Virus record (IMG/VR): IMGVR_UViG_3300010367_000170
Strand: one strand, 5' to 3'
DNA from: a virus
Lineage: Duplodnaviria; Heunggongvirae; Uroviricota; Caudoviricetes
Length of the DNA: 15,660 nt
Shown here: piece by piece, positions 13,494-15,660 of the stretch
How positions within the stretch are numbered: the first letter of the stretch is position 1
How the letters are laid out: each line of letters opens with the position of its first letter
Notes under the pieces: generated by a model
The model's database searches: none
The model's input: the letters and a program-made list of their open reading frames with translations, nothing else
What the model was told of the DNA's origin: nothing
Made by a program: the position numbers and the translations under genes

Positions 13494-14213
13494 ATGAAGC
13501 TCGCAGCCGTCCGTGACCGCCAGGGCAACATCCGCGTCCACGCCGCCACCTGCGCCGACGTCAACCGCGAGGTCAAGAAGTTCCGTGACGGCGACGCCTA
13601 CACCGGCGAGTTCGCCAGCCGCACCGAGTTCAACCAGGACTGGTGGGGCGAAGTGGCCGCTGACCACTACGCGGAGGGCACCCCGGAGTGGGAGAAGGAG
13701 TGCGCGGTCAACGGCTCCATGGGAACCCTGTTCCTCCCCTGCTGCTCGGACCTCCCGGAAGACGTGGAGCCGGAGCCGACCAAGCGCACCGCGTACCGCT
13801 CGCTGCGGACCAAGACGATCCACACCCACTCCTGCCCCGCCGTCGCCGCGATGCTGACGAAGGCAACCGGCGAGACCCTGCCGAAGCCGTGGGCTGCCTA
13901 CGACCCGAACCTGGCGTTGGAGGACGTCGCCGCGCACCCGGAGTGGGACTGCTCCCGCTGCTCCCGTATCCGGCGCGGAGAGCAGGCTGCTGCCCGCTCG
14001 CAGGCGAAGGCGGAGCCGCAAGGCTACTTCTCCGCTGCGGCGAAGGTGGCGCACACGGCGCAGTGCCCGTCGATGAAGGCTGCGGCGTCCGGGAAGCTGC
14101 ACATACCGCTGATGAAGACCGGGTTCAAGGCGCTGTCGGCGCTGCTGAGGATGATCGACACCGGCGAGGCGAAGGAGTGCCTGAGCTGCAAGAAGATCCG
14201 CCACTCGCACTGA
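13494..14213 (+). CDS. 239-aa protein with three H-x3-C...C-x(0-2)-C putative zinc-binding repeats
   Basis: Start reassigned to ATG 13494 after the cassette RBS. Repeats: VHAATC...PCC, IHTHSC...CSRC, AHTAQC...CLSC. Confidence 0.85.
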   Translation: MKLAAVRDRQGNIRVHAATCADVNREVKKFRDGDAYTGEFASRTEFNQDWWGEVAADHYAEGTPEWEKECAVNGSMGTLFLPCCSDLPEDVEPEPTKRTAYRSLRTKTIHTHSCPAVAAMLTKATGETLPKPWAAYDPNLALEDVAAHPEWDCSRCSRIRRGEQAAARSQAKAEPQGYFSAAAKVAHTAQCPSMKAAASGKLHIPLMKTGFKALSALLRMIDTGEAKECLSCKKIRHSH

Positions 14214-14225
14214 TGTCTCGACTGC

Positions 14226-14258
14226 AAGCCCCTACGACTTCACAGGTCGTAGGGGCTT
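14226..14258 (+). terminator. Cassette hairpin H4
   Basis: Perfect 13-bp stem AAGCCCCTACGAC-TTCACAG-GTCGTAGGGGCTT, followed by TCTTTT. Confidence 0.85.
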
Positions 14259-14285
14259 TCTTTTGCTTAGCGATTCCAGTATGGT
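14257..14285 (+). promoter_or_regulatory. Cassette promoter P4
   Basis: TTTCTT-N17-TATGGT; GCTTAGC at 14265-14271; ACCGGAGGAG at 14306-14315. Confidence 0.78.
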
Positions 14286-14321
14286 TGAGGTAACAACAGC
14301 GGCACACCGGAGGAGACCGAA

Positions 14322-14786
14322 ATGAGCACCTACTCGCAGGCGAGGATCAACCGGGGCCAGTCCGTTCACTCCGTCCTGCTGGACGACGAAGGTACTGTCT
14401 GCGGAACCCGCTGCATGTCGGAAGGCATCTACGGAACGCGGACCGCCTACCGCAAGACCTCCAGCCCGGTAAGCTGCAAGAAGTGCCTGAAGATCATTGA
14501 GGGATCGGAGCAGGCCCAGACCGGCCGTCCGGCGCACGGAACCATTGAGGCGCCCTCCGGAGTGGCCGTGGAAATCTTCGAAACCTTTGACCTGACGATT
14601 CTGGTGAAGATCACCGTGACGGCGGGAACGAGCCTGGGCCACGCTTGGCTGCGAGCCGACAACGCGGCGCGGGCGTGGGCCAAGAAGCACGGCGCTGGCG
14701 CAACGCTGGTGCGCGAGTCCGCAAAGTCGGACCAGCTGCCCGGGGGTGGCGTGGAGCACATGTACAAGTACCTCTGGTCCGTCTGA
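14322..14786 (+). CDS. 154-aa protein: N-terminal zinc-finger-like domain plus a C-terminal WLRADNAA domain
   Basis: Cassette RBS; VH...VCG...VSCKKC at the N-terminus; C-terminal domain shared with 14899..15519. Confidence 0.85.
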   Translation: MSTYSQARINRGQSVHSVLLDDEGTVCGTRCMSEGIYGTRTAYRKTSSPVSCKKCLKIIEGSEQAQTGRPAHGTIEAPSGVAVEIFETFDLTILVKITVTAGTSLGHAWLRADNAARAWAKKHGAGATLVRESAKSDQLPGGGVEHMYKYLWSV

Positions 14787-14797
14787 CGTCTCGGCTG

Positions 14798-14831
14798 AAG
14801 CCCTTCCCACCTTCACAGGTCGGAGGGGCTT
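14798..14831 (+). terminator. Cassette hairpin H5
   Basis: AAGCCCTTCCCACC-TTCACA-GGTCGGAGGGGCTT (one C-C mismatch, one G:U). Confidence 0.8.
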
Positions 14832-14858
14832 TACGTCGCTTAGCGATTAGGCTATAGT
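14830..14858 (+). promoter_or_regulatory. Cassette promoter P5
   Basis: TTTACG-N17-TATAGT; GCTTAGC at 14838-14844; ACCGGAGGAG at 14883-14892. Confidence 0.82.
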
Positions 14859-14898
14859 TGGTCTTGCCAACAGCGACACCACACCGGAGGAGAGAACG

Positions 14899-15519
14899 AT
14901 GAACAAGAACCAGATAACCAAGGCGCAGGGCAAGGTCTCCTACAAGATCAACACCAGCCTCACCTCCGCGCTGATCCTGGACACCACCGCCCTCTACACC
15001 GAGCGCACCTCCTGGGGCCAGCCCAACCGCTACTCCAAGTCCCCCCTGAGCGCCTGCAAGCAGGACAGGCTGGGCTGCGTCACCGTCGGCTGGCTGGTCC
15101 TCCACGTCTCCGCCTACGGCTACACCGCCGACATACAGGAGCGCACCGCCAAGGCTGAGGCGTTCATCGAGAGCTTCACCGGCACCGCTGCCGACGTCCT
15201 GGACGAGAAGGGCAACGTTCGACGCGACGTGGTTCCGGCGGACGTGAACGTAACCCTGGTCAACAACCGGAAGCTGTCCGAGCGGCAAGCCAAGCCGGAG
15301 GCTGACGGCCCGGTCCGCACCCAGGACGCCGGTGACGGCGTGAAGGTCGTGGAGGACGCGCGGCTGGTGGTGCGGGTGGCCGTCTCCGAGGGGACTTCCT
15401 ACCCGTGGCTGCGGGCCGACAACGCCGCCAAGGCGTACGCGAAGGAGTTCGGGAACGGCTCCAAGCTGGTCCGCAAGTCGGCTGCGAACGGCGTGTACGT
15501 CTACAACTGGGCCGCCTGA
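14899..15519 (+). CDS. 206-aa protein with a C-terminal WLRADNAA domain
   Basis: Cassette RBS; the C-terminal ~55 aa are paralogous to those of 14322..14786; the N-terminus is unrelated. Confidence 0.85.
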   Translation: MNKNQITKAQGKVSYKINTSLTSALILDTTALYTERTSWGQPNRYSKSPLSACKQDRLGCVTVGWLVLHVSAYGYTADIQERTAKAEAFIESFTGTAADVLDEKGNVRRDVVPADVNVTLVNNRKLSERQAKPEADGPVRTQDAGDGVKVVEDARLVVRVAVSEGTSYPWLRADNAAKAYAKEFGNGSKLVRKSAANGVYVYNWAA

Positions 15520-15530
15520 CGTCTCCACTG

Positions 15531-15566
15531 AAAGCCCTCCTGGTCTTCACAGGCCGGGAGGGCTTT
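15531..15566 (+). terminator. Cassette hairpin H6
   Basis: AAAGCCCTCCTGGTC-TTCACA-GGCCGGGAGGGCTTT (15 bp, two G:U). Confidence 0.82.
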
Positions 15567-15592
15567 CCTTTGCTTAGCGTTACCAGTATGGT
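15564..15592 (+). promoter_or_regulatory. Cassette promoter P6
   Basis: TTTCCT-N17-TATGGT; GCTTAGC at 15572-15578; ACCGGAGGAG at 15612-15621. Confidence 0.78.
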
Positions 15593-15627
15593 TGACCTGT
15601 ACGCCACACCCACCGGAGGAGCCCCAA

Positions 15628-15660
15628 ATGGACACCAAGCCCACCTACACCAAGTTCCAC
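15628..15660 (+). CDS. Start of the next cassette gene (partial, MDTKPTYTKFH...)
   Basis: ATG 6 nt after ACCGGAGGAG; open to the window edge. Confidence 0.75.
   Translation, partial: MDTKPTYTKFH

Larger units (their letters stand above)
1..15660. mobile_element. Tailed bacteriophage (Caudoviricetes) genome segment, probably an actinobacteriophage: packaging/head module plus an early-gene-like cassette array
   Basis: terS-terL-portal in canonical order, phage-type tRNA cluster, spike-like beta-helix proteins, no host housekeeping genes. High GC with GGAGG RBSs and TAnnnT -10 boxes typical of Actinomycetota. Confidence 0.92.

Noticed and set aside
331-13494. ORF-track start codons at 2286, 3979, 5781, 6038, 10416, 12154, 12796 and 13440
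   Set aside because: Each extension overlaps a neighbouring gene, terminator region or promoter module. Downstream starts with RBSs or stop-start coupling fit better (2130, 3919, 5739, 5966, 10356, 12079, 12946, 13494).
13086-15528. Long minus-strand ORFs 13086..14210, 14232..14816 and 14611..15528
   Set aside because: They cross the cassette promoters and hairpins and are antisense to genes with clear promoters and RBSs.
12099-15660. CRISPR array or integron attC array
   Set aside because: The repeats are imperfect, up to ~120 bp, promoter-bearing and separated by whole genes of variable length. There are no constant-length spacers, no cas genes, no RYYYAAC/GTTRRRY attC ends and no integron integrase in the window.

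Overview
High-GC tailed-phage DNA, actinobacteriophage-like (Streptomyces-type promoters and Shine-Dalgarno sites). There is no integrase or host gene in view, so free phage versus prophage cannot be decided. From 12.1 kb leftward a minus-strand packaging and head block runs: permuted papain-like amidase, two unknown genes, terS, terL, portal, and the 5' end of a probable minor head protein at the left edge. About 6.4 kb of accessory genes lie between portal and the minor head gene. These are two beta-helix spike/depolymerase-like proteins, stand-alone copies of their terminal domains, a Tad2/DUF2829-like protein, a DUF6527-like protein, a small helical-hairpin protein, three tRNAs and a tRNA-like RNA whose anticodon loop is replaced by a GGAA tetraloop. 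From 12.1 kb rightward is an array of small plus-strand genes with repeated upstream elements. Six of them follow a conserved promoter module: -35, an invariant GCTTAGC box, -10 at a fixed 17-bp spacing, then an ACCGGAGGAG ribosome-binding site. In four copies the module starts with a hairpin whose stems covary around a conserved TT(C/T)ACAG apex. This cassette array and the probable counter-defence island are the most notable features. All protein family assignments come from motif recognition by eye, not database searches.
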